Source: Chrysomallon squamiferum
Lineage: Eukaryota > Animalia > Mollusca
Length of the DNA stretch: 64,000 nt
NCBI GenBank assembly: GCA_012295275.1
Contig: CM022673.1
Location: 11,408,001-11,472,000, forward strand
Reading direction: 5' to 3'
In this document: piece by piece, positions 12,846 to 24,559 of the stretch
How the letters are laid out: every line of letters begins with the position of its first letter
Position numbering within the stretch: position 1 is the stretch's first letter
Translations under genes and position numbers: made by a program
Notes under the pieces: generated by a model
Told to the model about the DNA's origin: nothing
The model's database searches: none
The model's input: only the letters and a program-made list of their open reading frames with translations

Positions 12846-15803
12846 ATGAAGTCGACTGATTCATTGCTTTTTCATCTCACAGTTTTTACGTTCATCTGGA
12901 AGCCGAATCAAGGTAAGCAACGCATACCTGTGGAAATAATTCTGTTCACTGGACACATCACTTGTTTGTAATATCCTGTATTTTAAATTACGTGTTGAGC
13001 AGTTTTGTTTTGAGAAAAACAGAATGTAGAAAATTCTGAATTATTCCCATCAGATAGTAAAACGTGTTGGAAAATTAGGATTTGTATACTTTCATTTGAT
13101 AATTTTTTTTATATATCGTGCAGATAATAATAATATATTGTATTAAATAACACAATTTAATAAGTTAATGATAAATTTAAAAAAAGAAAGAAAAAAAAGA
13201 CTATATTAATTTACCGTAATCACTTCGATAAATATAAACTTTGTCACTCTTTATCATGGCTTATGACTGACGTTTCAATTCACATTAATTTTTATTTGTT
13301 TATTATTATTATTATTATTGAAGTAAAGTTTTTCTCTGTTTGATGACGATATTAATATCGTGCAAAGGCCAATCGTTTATATCCGTTTTCGTCTTAAAAA
13401 TAGATTAATAGATACACGCATGCTTCTTACAACGTTACAAATTTACGTCTGCGCGACTTGAAGCGCGCGTCCACTTCTGGTTTCACTGACGTCATGACTG
13501 CCTCCTGCTTATCAGCATTCATGTGATTAATAATGACTGATTTAGAGCATTGCAGTTTAATGTCATTTTATTGATATCTTAATATAATTATATCAAATAA
13601 CCTGGCATTAAATATAAAGATTGACAGAATTAAATAAGAAATATTACGAAGAATGGACACAAACGTATAGCACATTTTTCTTCAACATATTTCTTTTGCA
13701 ATTACAGTGATCATAACGTTCTAAGAATGAAAACAATGTAATAACAGAATGAAAATAATCGACAAATAGCTTGATGTGACATTCCCCAAAATGTGTCAAA
13801 ATGTAGGAAAACGCGAGATACACACACATACATACAGCAAACATTTAATGCCCTGAAGTAAAATAAACATCCAAAACAAATGGGAGTATTTTGATCAGGT
13901 GACCTAACACAAGGCGATAAAAGTTTGTTTACAATGACTTTTTTTTTTTTTTTTTTGATTTATTTTACAGAAGGTAGAAAACTAAAGTACTAGCAAGGTT
14001 TCAAGAAAAACTTGAATCATTTCAGGGCCTCAATCTGTCATGCTTAGGAAAATACCGTTGGACGCTGCCATTGTTATCAGGGTTTGTTTGTTAAGATGTT
14101 AACTCCGAGCAGAAGAAAAAAATATATGACTGGAAAAGAAAAATCTGTGTCAAATTAAATGAAGCGTGAAAACATCCAAAATAAAAGTTAATACCGCGGA
14201 AATGTGGTCGACTTTTTATTGTTATTAATAACTCTCTCTCTCTTTTTTTTTTATCTAAATTTTTATATTTTTTTATCTTTTATTTTTTAAAGCCATTTGA
14301 ACAAAATAGAGTGACTATAATAAAAAGTGTTGCTTTGCATGCATTTCGGATTCTTTATTAAGAATGAAAAGCACACACATACAGATATTTGTACATCACA
14401 TACATACATACAGACAACAGACAGACATTTCTCGTAAAATTCTAATATTTTGATATTTTGTTTACTTCACTTATTTTTTTCTAACAAGTCAGCGTTTTTA
14501 ATCACAGGTAGACAGATGACAGATATGTGCATATACAGATACATTGACAGTAAACTGAAAACTGCTACATTTTCATATGCACGAGACTTCAATGCTGTTC
14601 TCTATTTAAATTTAAATTTCGATGTATAAAATGCGATTGTGTATCAAGAGGGGTTTCATTGTAGATTTTTAAAAATTATACGAAATCATTTATTTTCAAA
14701 AATAGGACTTGCACGTTGTAAGTTGAAACATAATAATACAGTGTCAGCTCTCAGGAAGAATTGGTTGAAAAAATACTACAGTGAAACTTTTCTAAACCAG
14801 ACCTTCACGAAACCGAGGCCTCGTGAATTAACAAGTAGCTAAATGTAAAATCTCAAATAAACACCAAGCCTAACTTTCTACGTTCGGTTTTTGAGTGTTT
14901 CACTGTAATTCAAGACTAGTCACATCTAAAAGCCGGAATATGTCAGAAGTTTCGGTTTTATTAGCACTTCGTTAACATTTATATTGAGATTTTAATGACA
15001 TGTATGGATATAAAAATGTATCAGTTTATTGTACCAGGCATTCAGTTTGAAGACGTTTTAAGACATGTTGCTGCTAGATAGTACTCCATTTGTTTGTGAT
15101 TAAATGGGAGCATTAAAAAAGTACGAAGAAATAAAAGCTAAAAACAGAGGTACATGTATTCTTTCATATTTTTATTTATTTATTTATTTAATTTTAGGCG
15201 ACGTCTGTCCACGAAACTGGGTGGAATTCAGAAGCATGTGCTACCAACTGCAGCAGACGTCAACTGATTACGAAACAGCAAGACTGAAATGCGCAGCCGC
15301 AAATGGACAACTAGCATCAATAAGAACAGACAAAATGGCATATGATGTTAAATCCGCATTATCAACTAATGGAAATATGTCCTCCATATGGTCACGGTAT
15401 ATTTTACGAAAAAATGGTTCAGATGTTGAAGTAATTGCAGACGGGCAGTTAGTGAATTTTTGTGAGGGTTGTACGTCGGTATTCGATGAATTTAATGCGT
15501 CTACGTCAGATAAATCGTGTGTTGTTATCAGCGGAATTACTACGGCGTCTGCAAATTGGATATTATCAGAATGCAAGAGCTCTAATGAATATGTATGTGA
15601 AAAATTAATGTTGATAGGTAGGTATTCAAAGAAGTAATCAAAATCGACGGCAATTTGGCAAAATGAATTTCTGTTATTTAAACTAAAATTTAGAAACGAT
15701 TTTTTTTTTTTCAACATAATTTGATTATTTCAGTTTAATACTGAGTTCCCATATCTTACAAATTTGCCTCTTCGTTTTTCTTTCTTTTTTAAAATTATAT
15801 TTA

Positions 15804-15841
<38 letters not shown>

Positions 15842-16017
15842 CAATTATTTTTATTATTTTATCTCCAGATAATCGCTATGCTGTGACGCCAGTTGACATA
15901 GCAGCTATCGTTTGTGCTATTTTCCTGACCGTTGGTTTTGTTTTCATTATGGCGCTAGATATACTGCGACATCCGGCTACATTCAACCCAGAAGAGAGTG
16001 TGCCAATTCAAGCATAG
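12846..16017 (+). CDS. Type I membrane protein with a single C-type lectin-like domain (about 211 aa)
   Basis: Exon 12846-12912 (MKSTDSLLFHLTVFTFIWKPNQG, signal-peptide-like); exon 15198-15617 (CPRNWVEFRSMCY...ARLKCAAANGQLASI...CVVI...W...C...YVCEK); exon 15869-16017 (TM IAAIVCAIFLTVGFVFIMAL, short tail, TAG). Both introns are phase 1 GT-AG. AATAAA at 16070-16075. Confidence 0.88.
14153..14722 (+). repeat. Dispersed repeat, copy A (inverted copy at 41550-42192)
   Basis: For example TAAAAGTTAATACCGCGGAAATGTGGTCGACTTTTTATTG and GATGTATAAAATGCGATTGTGTA recur reverse-complemented near 42130-42170 and 41687-41710. Confidence 0.9.
14779..14905. mobile_element. Short Tc1/mariner-superfamily (pogo-like) MITE
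   Basis: TA|CAGTGAAAC...GTTTCACTG|TA: terminal inverted repeats flanked by a TA target-site duplication. Confidence 0.8.
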
Positions 16018-16171
16018 TTTTTATAACATAATTATTTTCCGTGCGCTCACAAACATACTTTAATATATAAATAAACACCTGCATGTGTGCTTATCTACCT
16101 ACTTACACACACACATACATACATATGCACCCTGCTTTTGAAATAATATAGGGATGTTATATTACAGAGTT

Positions 16172-16211
<40 letters not shown>

Positions 16212-16228
16212 TCCACTCACATATACAC

Positions 16229-16289
<61 letters not shown>

Positions 16290-16492
16290 AATATATAACG
16301 AAATGGCCTGTAAATGAGGGCACACTAGTATAGAAATTATATACAAATCTACAATCTATATACAGACACGTGCACATATCAAAATATAGTTTTAAAAGTC
16401 ACTGAATTAAATATACATTACTACTACAAATATACATATATACACACATACATAATTACATATAGCAATTTAATTTTTTTTATTGATTTAAA

Positions 16493-16533
<41 letters not shown>
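16172..16533. repeat. (TA)n/(CA)n microsatellite cluster
   Basis: Visible runs; they produce the spurious VCVCV ORFs in the track. Confidence 0.9.
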
Positions 16534-16537
<4 letters not shown>

Positions 16538-19016
16538 TCAGTATGCATTCACAAACAAAAACAAAATATCAGGTATTCATGTAATGTGCAGTAGTATACC
16601 AAAATATGTATTTTATGTCGAATAATTATTTTATTTTTGTTTATGGTGTACATTTCTTAAAAAATAAAAATAAACTAAACTGTTACTTGTTTTAGGACTG
16701 TTACTCTTTGTATGAGCATTCGCATGTTAAGAAAGTTCATCATTTTGTCATTTCTTCTCTAAAACATCATGCTATAATAATAATAATAATAATACACAAA
16801 ATAAATATCTTTCCAAAATAAAAACGCCTTATTATTATTCGTTGACAATTAAATAAGCACAGTGTTATTTATCGCTTAAATAAAATAAATTTCAAATGTT
16901 AAATGAATAATTTGACATCTTTTCCTCTGTTTTTTTTTTTTTTTATTCTAAAATTATCAAATAATAATTAAGTTAATTATAACGTAAAAAGACATTAGCT
17001 TTGTTCATAATAAAAATAATGAAAACACATTACAGACTATGCCCCATAAAAATAAAAGCCAACAACAACTTTGAAAACAAACAAACGCGAAAATAAAATT
17101 ATACAAACCGTCAATAAAAAAGCCAGAAATTAGAACAAAAAACCAAAACCATAATTGAAAAAATCGACGCTAACATTAGTAACAACATCAACAACAAACC
17201 AAAAGACAACTTAGATAAGGAGGTAAGAATAGCAGAAAACAAAATCATTGTCTGCCTCTTTATCGAACTACAAAACATTAGAAACAATAAAGTAAACATC
17301 ACAGACGACACATATTTGGACCACAGGGTCGCTCAAATCATTAAAGACCGCTTGGGATTCAAGATCCCCATAACAAAAGACTTGACTTACACACGGACAA
17401 AAGAAATTCCACAAACGCAAAACAACATTGAATTAAAAAACACTAAACATTTCCAACAATTTATATACACTACGCGATAAACACACTAATAACACCGGCC
17501 TCTCCATTCTTCGGTGGAATGCTAAAGGCCTCCACTCAGCAGGTCATGGAGACGAACTTGTACATTTCCTGGCCTCCAGTAAAAACAAACCCGACATAAC
17601 ATGCATACAAAAAACATGGTTAGGACATAACAAAAAAACAACAACAAAAAAACATTCAATGTCCTCGGGTATCAAAGCCACTACGTGTATAGATTCAACA
17701 GTACCCGAGGAGGCATCATGACACTCGTCAAACAAAATATACCACACACTAAACTGAACTTGGGCAAAGTCCATATCAACATCGAAATATTAAGCATCAC
17801 TGTACACAACAACAATCAAAATACTGACATAATATAAATACCACTCCCACTCCAGCATGACATACCATCCAAACCTACGACTTTAAACAAAATTATAAAA
17901 ATAAACAATGAGCTAATTATAGTTGGCGAATTCAGCTGTCATAACACCTTATGGGATGGCACAATAGACGACAGCCCTGGAATCGTCTTAGAAAATATCA
18001 TAGAACAAAATCAACTGGTCTTTCTCAACGAAGGCACATTCACATACACCAGTGACATCAATGGTGTTTAGTCTGCCATTGATTTAACATTAACAAGCAA
18101 AGACATCGCAGCGCTAAGCGAAGGGCAAGTGCTGTAATCAGCTAAATAGCCACCATCACTCCATACTCACCAATTACAACAGCAAAAACACTTCCTCAGA
18201 CAATTCCATTTTTACACCCAAACGGAATTTTAACAAAGCGGACTGAGAAGGCTTCTACAAAGCATGCAAAAAATATCCACATAAAAAAACCCAACATTGT
18301 CAACACTTACCGCACATCACTCACCAACATGATATACTCAGTACCCTCCAAATTCACACCCAAAACTAAACAATGCACTAACAAAATATCCACTCCCTGG
18401 TGGACTATGTAAACAAATACAGAAGACAATACAAAAAAGACAAAAATCGTTCCACAAACGATAACTATAAAATAGCTAAAAAAAAAAGAAGTAGCCAACC
18501 TAATTCTTTTTGAAAAATAAGAACACCCGGGACATTTTTGCAGTAACATCAACCACAAAGCATCAGTCAAAGCCATGTGAGCCAAAGTAAAAAATATAGA
18601 AGGAAAAAATCTCACATAATCAACACTTGTGGCAAAAACAAGACAAACAAAAAGCAGATCTACTCAGAGAAATTGTCGCCAAATTAAGTAGCAATGCAAA
18701 CTTCCCATCCAAATTCTCAAAAAAAAAAAACAATAAATAAATAAATAAAAACATTAGACAACCTAGCAATTAACGACAGACACAGAACCACATGAAATAC
18801 AATCTAAACTTCAACATAAATGAATTAAATTATGCCCTTAAAAAACAAAAAAGCACTGCCACAGGTCCTGACAAAATAAGCTAGACAATAATGCAACACC
18901 TGCCAGAAGAAGCATTACTAATTATACCAACCAACTGGAAACACACCGAATGTTTCAGCTTGCCTGAACTCCATAAAGACAACTCACTACCCAACAATTA
19001 CAGACCAGTCAAACTT

Positions 19017-19145
19017 ATGATGATGATAATGAGGAGTAGGTGGATGATGATGATGGTGATGACGATAATAATAATAAGAAGAAGAAGAAGAAGAAGAAGA
19101 AGTAGAAGAAGAAGTAGAAGAAGAAGAAGAAGAAGAAGAAGAAGA
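19017..19145. repeat. Compound trinucleotide microsatellite (ATG)n(ATA)n(AGA)n
   Basis: Visible; it interrupts the LINE right after the NYRPV motif. Confidence 0.95.
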
Positions 19146-19903
19146 TCAATTTCACGACCTGAAACATCTTGGCTGTGATTGGAAAAGAAAAAATGTACAA
19201 CGAATGAGTAGTGAACGCTCATGTGCACTTGTTCTCCTTTCGGCTGTTATATAATCGATTTACAAAAAATGCGCTCCGCTCTGTTTGAATTAAGTGCTAA
19301 CTTTATGGGAGCAGAAGAAGAATAAAGAAGCCAGATTAATGTATATTGGTAAATAAACCATTGTCCGTCTATAATCAAAACATGTATGAACATGAAGAGG
19401 CCAAGATCATTACATACACAGGTAATTAGGTATTTGGGTAGACGAGTTATTTCGACGATTTGGGAATTCAACCATTTGGGAAGACACAACTCAAATACCA
19501 TCTCAAAATACACGCCCTCAACATAGACCACCCTGTTAAGGATCTGATCCCTGACTAACAAAAAATAGGACAATCGTTTAAATGACAAACGACCATTACA
19601 AATAACACACACGTACATTTACACTGACAGATCCAAAAACCCAGACCATAGGAGAGTAGGATTCGCCTTTATAGACGAAAATTCCACAAATAAACTCATA
19701 TGCATACAATTCGGCTGTATCAGAAATCACCTTTCTGTATACACAGCAGAAACGGTTGCCATCATCAGAGCTTTGGGTAAAACACAGTAATAGCAAACAC
19801 ACAGTCATATTCTCTGAAAACCTCAGTTCTATCACCTCCATACAATCTGGACATTCCACCAGGCCGGACCTACTCAACAAAATATACCATCTACACGAAG
19901 AAA

Positions 19904-20020
19904 TAGTGGTGCCTTGACTTACGAGGTAACTACGTGAAGCTCGCCAGTGAGACGCGGGATGCTGGGCGATGTTCAGCTTGTTCGTTGCGCCAACTAGCTC
20001 GTAACTCGGATTTTGGCCCG
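19904..20020 (-). mobile_element. Partial copy of the 12063 MITE nested in the LINE RNase H region
   Basis: Starts with the TIR TAGTGGTGCCTTGACTTACGAG; GAGACGCGGGATGC and TTCGTTGCG match the reverse complement of 12180-12225. Confidence 0.75.
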
Positions 20021-20259
20021 TAAAATGAATAGAATAACACTAAAAACATCTAACACTTCAGTGTTAAACCACTCACCAAAACACCTAAAATCACACTTAT
20101 CAACAAACTACACAACAACAGTCTTATCAGACTCAGTATCGGCTACTCGACCAATCTAAACGCAATCTGATTCAAACAGTAAAACACACAATCAGCCCCC
20201 CCCCCAAAAAAAACCCACAAAACAAAATATAATAAAATCAGTCATACTTTCAACTCCTT

Positions 20260-20466
20260 TTAGTTTAAAGTTTGTATTTTGTGTTCATAATGTAGGCTGC
20301 TACTGCAGCGAGGACTAGCTCTCTGTATTTCATGTCTGGTGCCAAGATGTTTTAAGTGTGAACTCGATTTTTAGTTCTTTCAGTATATCACGTAATGTTT
20401 ATCGTTCATTAGCAGAAACTGGACAGTGAAATAGTGTTTCATGGTTTCAGGAAGTCCACATTTGCA
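20260..20466 (-). mobile_element. LINE ORF2 C-terminal zinc-knuckle fragment in inverted orientation
   Basis: The minus strand reads CKCGLPETMKHYF.(frameshift)CP...LVLAAVAAYIMNTKYKL*, matching the CCHC-type end of LINE ORF2. Confidence 0.65.
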
Positions 20467-22178
20467 TTTTTTTTATTTTTTATTATTATTTTTTTTTAAT
20501 AAATAACAGTTACAATCAAGCAAACACACCCTAGACAAAACAGAAACAACAACAAATAAACAATTGAACTGACTTACATATTGATTAGTTAAGCAGCTGA
20601 TTAATCTTCTGATAGATCGGCTGATTGACGAATTAATTGACTAGCCAGTTAAACTAATATATAGGCCTATATAAAAAAAATATAAAATACAAATTTCTTT
20701 CAGACTATAGGACCTAATATCAACTAGGTTATCGGAGCTTAAAACTGTACATAATAAACGTAAATAAGCTCAATACTTTCAATTTCTTATTCTTTTCATT
20801 TCAGACTGGAAAAAGAGGAAATAAAAATTAAATAACCTAATATAGGTCAAATAAAAGTTTGTCAACACTTGCACAAATTGACTAACACTGTTTTAATTAC
20901 TGATGTTGTTCATGTATTTATTTTTCTTAAATCGATTTAAAAAAAAAGAACAAAAAAAAAACATTGACAAAAAAAAAGAAGAAAAAAAAAAAGAAAACAT
21001 TGGCAAAAAAGAAAAAAAAAAAAATTGGGAATTACTGGATGATAAAGAAACACCCAGCAAGGAGACGAAAATGTCATAAGCGCCAAAGAACGCAACAGTA
21101 AAATAGACACGACCTTCACGAACCTGGTGAAGAAAACAACAAATTGCACGAACTGCACGAGCGGAACCACCACGAGCGGAAAACAACAACAAAACACCGC
21201 AACCAGTTCGTTAAGATTCGATCTGTTCGACACTCTCTTGTGTCCTGCAAAAACTAACAAAAATCCCCTTCTCAAAAACAAAAATGCCCCTGTCTGTAAT
21301 TAAGCAGCAAAGGAAAAGGCCAACATCAGAGCTCAGTGAGGCGGGGAAACTAATGTTTTTGAATGACATTGTCTTTACGTACGAGTAAGGTAAGCAATTG
21401 TCTATTCTTATTTCGATAGCGTGTATTGTGCAATTAACCTGTGTCAATAACATTTATTATACCAACATTTTTAATTGTTTAATATGTCCTCTGTGCAGAT
21501 TCTTGTTGTGTTTTAGATCCCTGTATGAAATTACTCAGAATTACTTAAATATATATTTTATTGATTGTATAGTATATTATTATCAAATCACCTGTATATC
21601 ATAATTAAATAATTAACTTGTACCTTAACTTGTGTTGTGTTTATTTCTCTATTATTATTGATAGAATTATTGATTTATATAGACTGCTGTAAATTTAACA
21701 TTTATATTCCTTGCTAGGAGACCATTAATGCACCTTGTTACCCTAGACCGAGCCTTAATATAACATCCACAGTGTTTAATGGTGTGGGCCCTGTGACAAA
21801 GTATGATAACCATTAGTTGGAGGAGAGCTGGTAATCTGAGATCAGACCGATCAAAGCAAACTGTAGGCTATTATCCATCGATACCACTGTAGTTGTAACT
21901 TTCATGTGATCATATCTACCCAATAGAGGGAGGTCTGTAGTATGAATGGTGGAGAAATATTACTTGTTATGTGACGACTGTTAATTATGGGTTGCATTCG
22001 ACTGTGTTAAATGCCCCGTAATAATAACAAACAACCTATTTCATATATCTGAAATTTCAATGTTGCTATAGTTTCGAAAAACATATGTATTTTTTTTTTT
22101 TTTATAATAAAAGCTATATCTTAGAAGTTTAAACTGTTATTGAAACTGAGAAAACACTTTCGTCACATAACTGACTTA

Positions 22179-22485
22179 CATATTGTTTCGAAACAATAAG
22201 AATGATCTTTTGTGAACGACATTTGCAAAGGCACGTTTTCCATCTCGGCTATTTCATATTGTTTCGAAACAATAAGAACGATCTTTTGTGAACGACATTT
22301 GCAAAGGCACGTTTTCCATCTCAGCTATTTCATATTGTTTCGAAACAATAAGAACGATCTTTTGTGAACGACATTTGCAAAGGCACGTTTTCCATCTCGG
22401 CTATTTCATATTGTTTCGAAACAATAAGAACGATCTTTTGTGAACGACATTTGCAAAGGCACGTTTTCCATCTCGGCTATTTCAT
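22179..22485 (+). repeat. 4 x 76-bp tandem repeat abutting the kinase start codon
   Basis: Units start at 22179, 22255, 22331 and 22407 and are nearly identical. Each contains the perfect palindrome TATTGTTTCGAAACAATA. Confidence 0.97.
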
Positions 22486-22486
22486 C

Positions 22487-24524
22487 ATGGCAAATTTTAT
22501 GGTAAGCAGATAAATTACAAATATTCTAATTCAGAATGTCTATTCCAAAGCAAACAAGGTTGATTTAAATTTATACTGTTTAATATAAATATAAAAATGA
22601 AAATGGAAAGACATGGGATAGAACAAAAAAGATAATAATTTATACACTGATGACAGTGATGTATTTAAATGATATGATCATTTTAAACAGCATTAAGTTT
22701 CCCATAAACATAGGGCAATTTTGCCCCTGTCGAAATTGACTTTACATAGGTCTTGTTTGATTGACTTGGGGTAATACTGACATACACTTCATGAGAAAAA
22801 GCTAGAAAATTGCTTGTTCCTAACATGTTTGATGAGATTTGATGATACTGTGCCCAAATAAAGTTAACTATCTGACCTACATGGTTGATTTTTTAAGGTA
22901 TTTTTTATTGGCATTGTGTACTTGTCTCTGAAAATTTTATAGCTGTTTGCTAGCTGATACTAAAAATGTTTTCTGGTAAATATAGTTTTTATAAAGAAAT
23001 TAAACTTTTGAAGAAAAAATGTAATAAATGGGCTTCTAGATTTTCAGCATTCTTCAAATGTTTTGTGCATGTTTCTTTTCACTTTCTTTATTTCTTTTAA
23101 CAGGAAAATGATCCATCTGACTTAGTTTCATCAGGTTCACCTTTCAGATCAAAAAGTAAAGAGGACAAATTGCAGGATGTAGATCAAGAGTTGAAAACGA
23201 ATGTGGGTTCTTTCTTCTTTTTTTTCTTTTTTTTCTCTTTTATTTGTTTTCTGGTAAATATAGTTTTTATAAAGAAATTAAACTTTTGAAGAAAAAATGT
23301 AATAAATGGGCTTCTAGATTTTCAGCATTCTTCAAATGTTTTGTGCATGTTTCTTTTCACTTTCTTTATTTCATTCAACAGAAATCCACTGTGCTTCATC
23401 CTGTCGAAAAAGGTCCGTCTGAGCTCGTTCCATCAGAGACACCTTTGATCAAAGGTGAAACTTCAGGTAAGTTTTTCTTTCTTTTCAGTACCAGCCAAAC
23501 AAAATGACACTATAAAATAATTTCTTTGTTAAACAATACTCGATCGACAAGAAGATTATCTGAAAGTAAATAAGTTTACTACTGTCTTGATGTCAGGAAG
23601 AAATACTATGTTGGAGATCAGAATATTCAGATTTAATTCTGTAATCATTATTCCCTAATTTTGTTATTTTAGTGGTTTTTATCTCATTAGGAAAACATAT
23701 AACAAATTTTACTGGATATTTAATTTGTTTTAAATATGTTTTAAAATTCTTGGCTTTTTGTTACATTATTTAGAAAATGACATAAAACTTAGAGAGGCTG
23801 AAAAGAATAAGCGGGAAACAGATCAGAACAATCCCAAGGAAGAAGATGCATTTAAAAACGGGTAATATTTAGTTTTAACATTTTAGAAGACTTTCGTAAA
23901 GTTAACATGATACCGCTACATAGCTACAACACAGTACTTTTGTTCAAAGAAAGATCTGATACTTTTTGGTGAAAGATAAACCAAACATTACATTATTAAA
24001 ATACATGAGTGGTTTTTGAAACATAAGTTAAAAATGTGTATAGTGAAATTGTTAACAAATAACAACAAATATATTTCTTGTACTTTGGCTACAACATTCA
24101 GACCAAAGTGAAGTCATCCTGGATATAATAATGTTAAAGGCATGGATTTTTTTGAAGGCTTAACAATGATATAAAACAAATACAATAATAATAAACTGAA
24201 AAAAAGAGAAAGAATTAGTACCAGTTAAATTACTGAATGAGGTAACTGTATAAAAATTAGTAGTAGTTAAATATCTGAGTGAGGTAACAATATGAACATA
24301 ACTATATAATGCATTTCTTTTTATTTTGTCTTTCATAACTGGTTTACCAGGAGTGTTAGGACTTTTCAATTTTATTATTATATTTTTTATTTAACACAAA
24401 ACAGATATCCTGTTTCTGGATCAAAAACTGAAGAGAAAGAACTGCATCAGGTAATAACGAATGTGGTAAAGTTTACTTTCTTGTTAACCTCAGTCAAGGT
24501 TTATGCACAGCTATATGAATAAAC

Positions 24525-24559
<35 letters not shown>

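Larger units (their letters stand above)
17100..20190 (+). mobile_element. Decayed non-LTR retrotransposon with APE endonuclease, RT start and RNase H (I/Nimb/Ingi-like)
   Basis: Broken frames: LSILRWNAKGL (about 17500), PDITCIQKTWL, IIVGEFSCHNTLW, AIDLT, PWW, STATGPDKIS, NNYRPV (RT start, cut by a microsatellite), then RNase H motifs YIYTDRSK, SVYTAETVAI, VIFSENLSSI (19615-19830). The RT core is missing. Confidence 0.88.

Noticed and set aside
15268-15717. 149-aa minus-strand ORF
   Set aside because: Antisense shadow of the lectin exon, with no motifs or splice support of its own.
16095-16377. Cys/Val-rich ORFs resembling metallothionein
   Set aside because: These are translations of (CA)n/(TA)n repeats.
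18891-19228. Poly-Arg, poly-Leu and poly-Phe ORFs
   Set aside because: These are translations of a trinucleotide microsatellite; only the N-terminal part of 18891 is LINE RT remnant.
21025-21395. Coding-like segment ending in a GTAAG donor
   Set aside because: All frames are interrupted and no family motif is recognisable; it cannot be assigned to the kinase or a TE.
21835-21870. Possible hammerhead ribozyme near CTGAGATCAGACCGATCAAAG
   Set aside because: Lacks the CUGANGA and GAAA core in a compatible stem arrangement.
22179-22485. CRISPR-like array of palindromic repeats
   Set aside because: The sequence between palindromes is the same in every unit (no unique spacers), there are no cas genes, and the context is eukaryotic.
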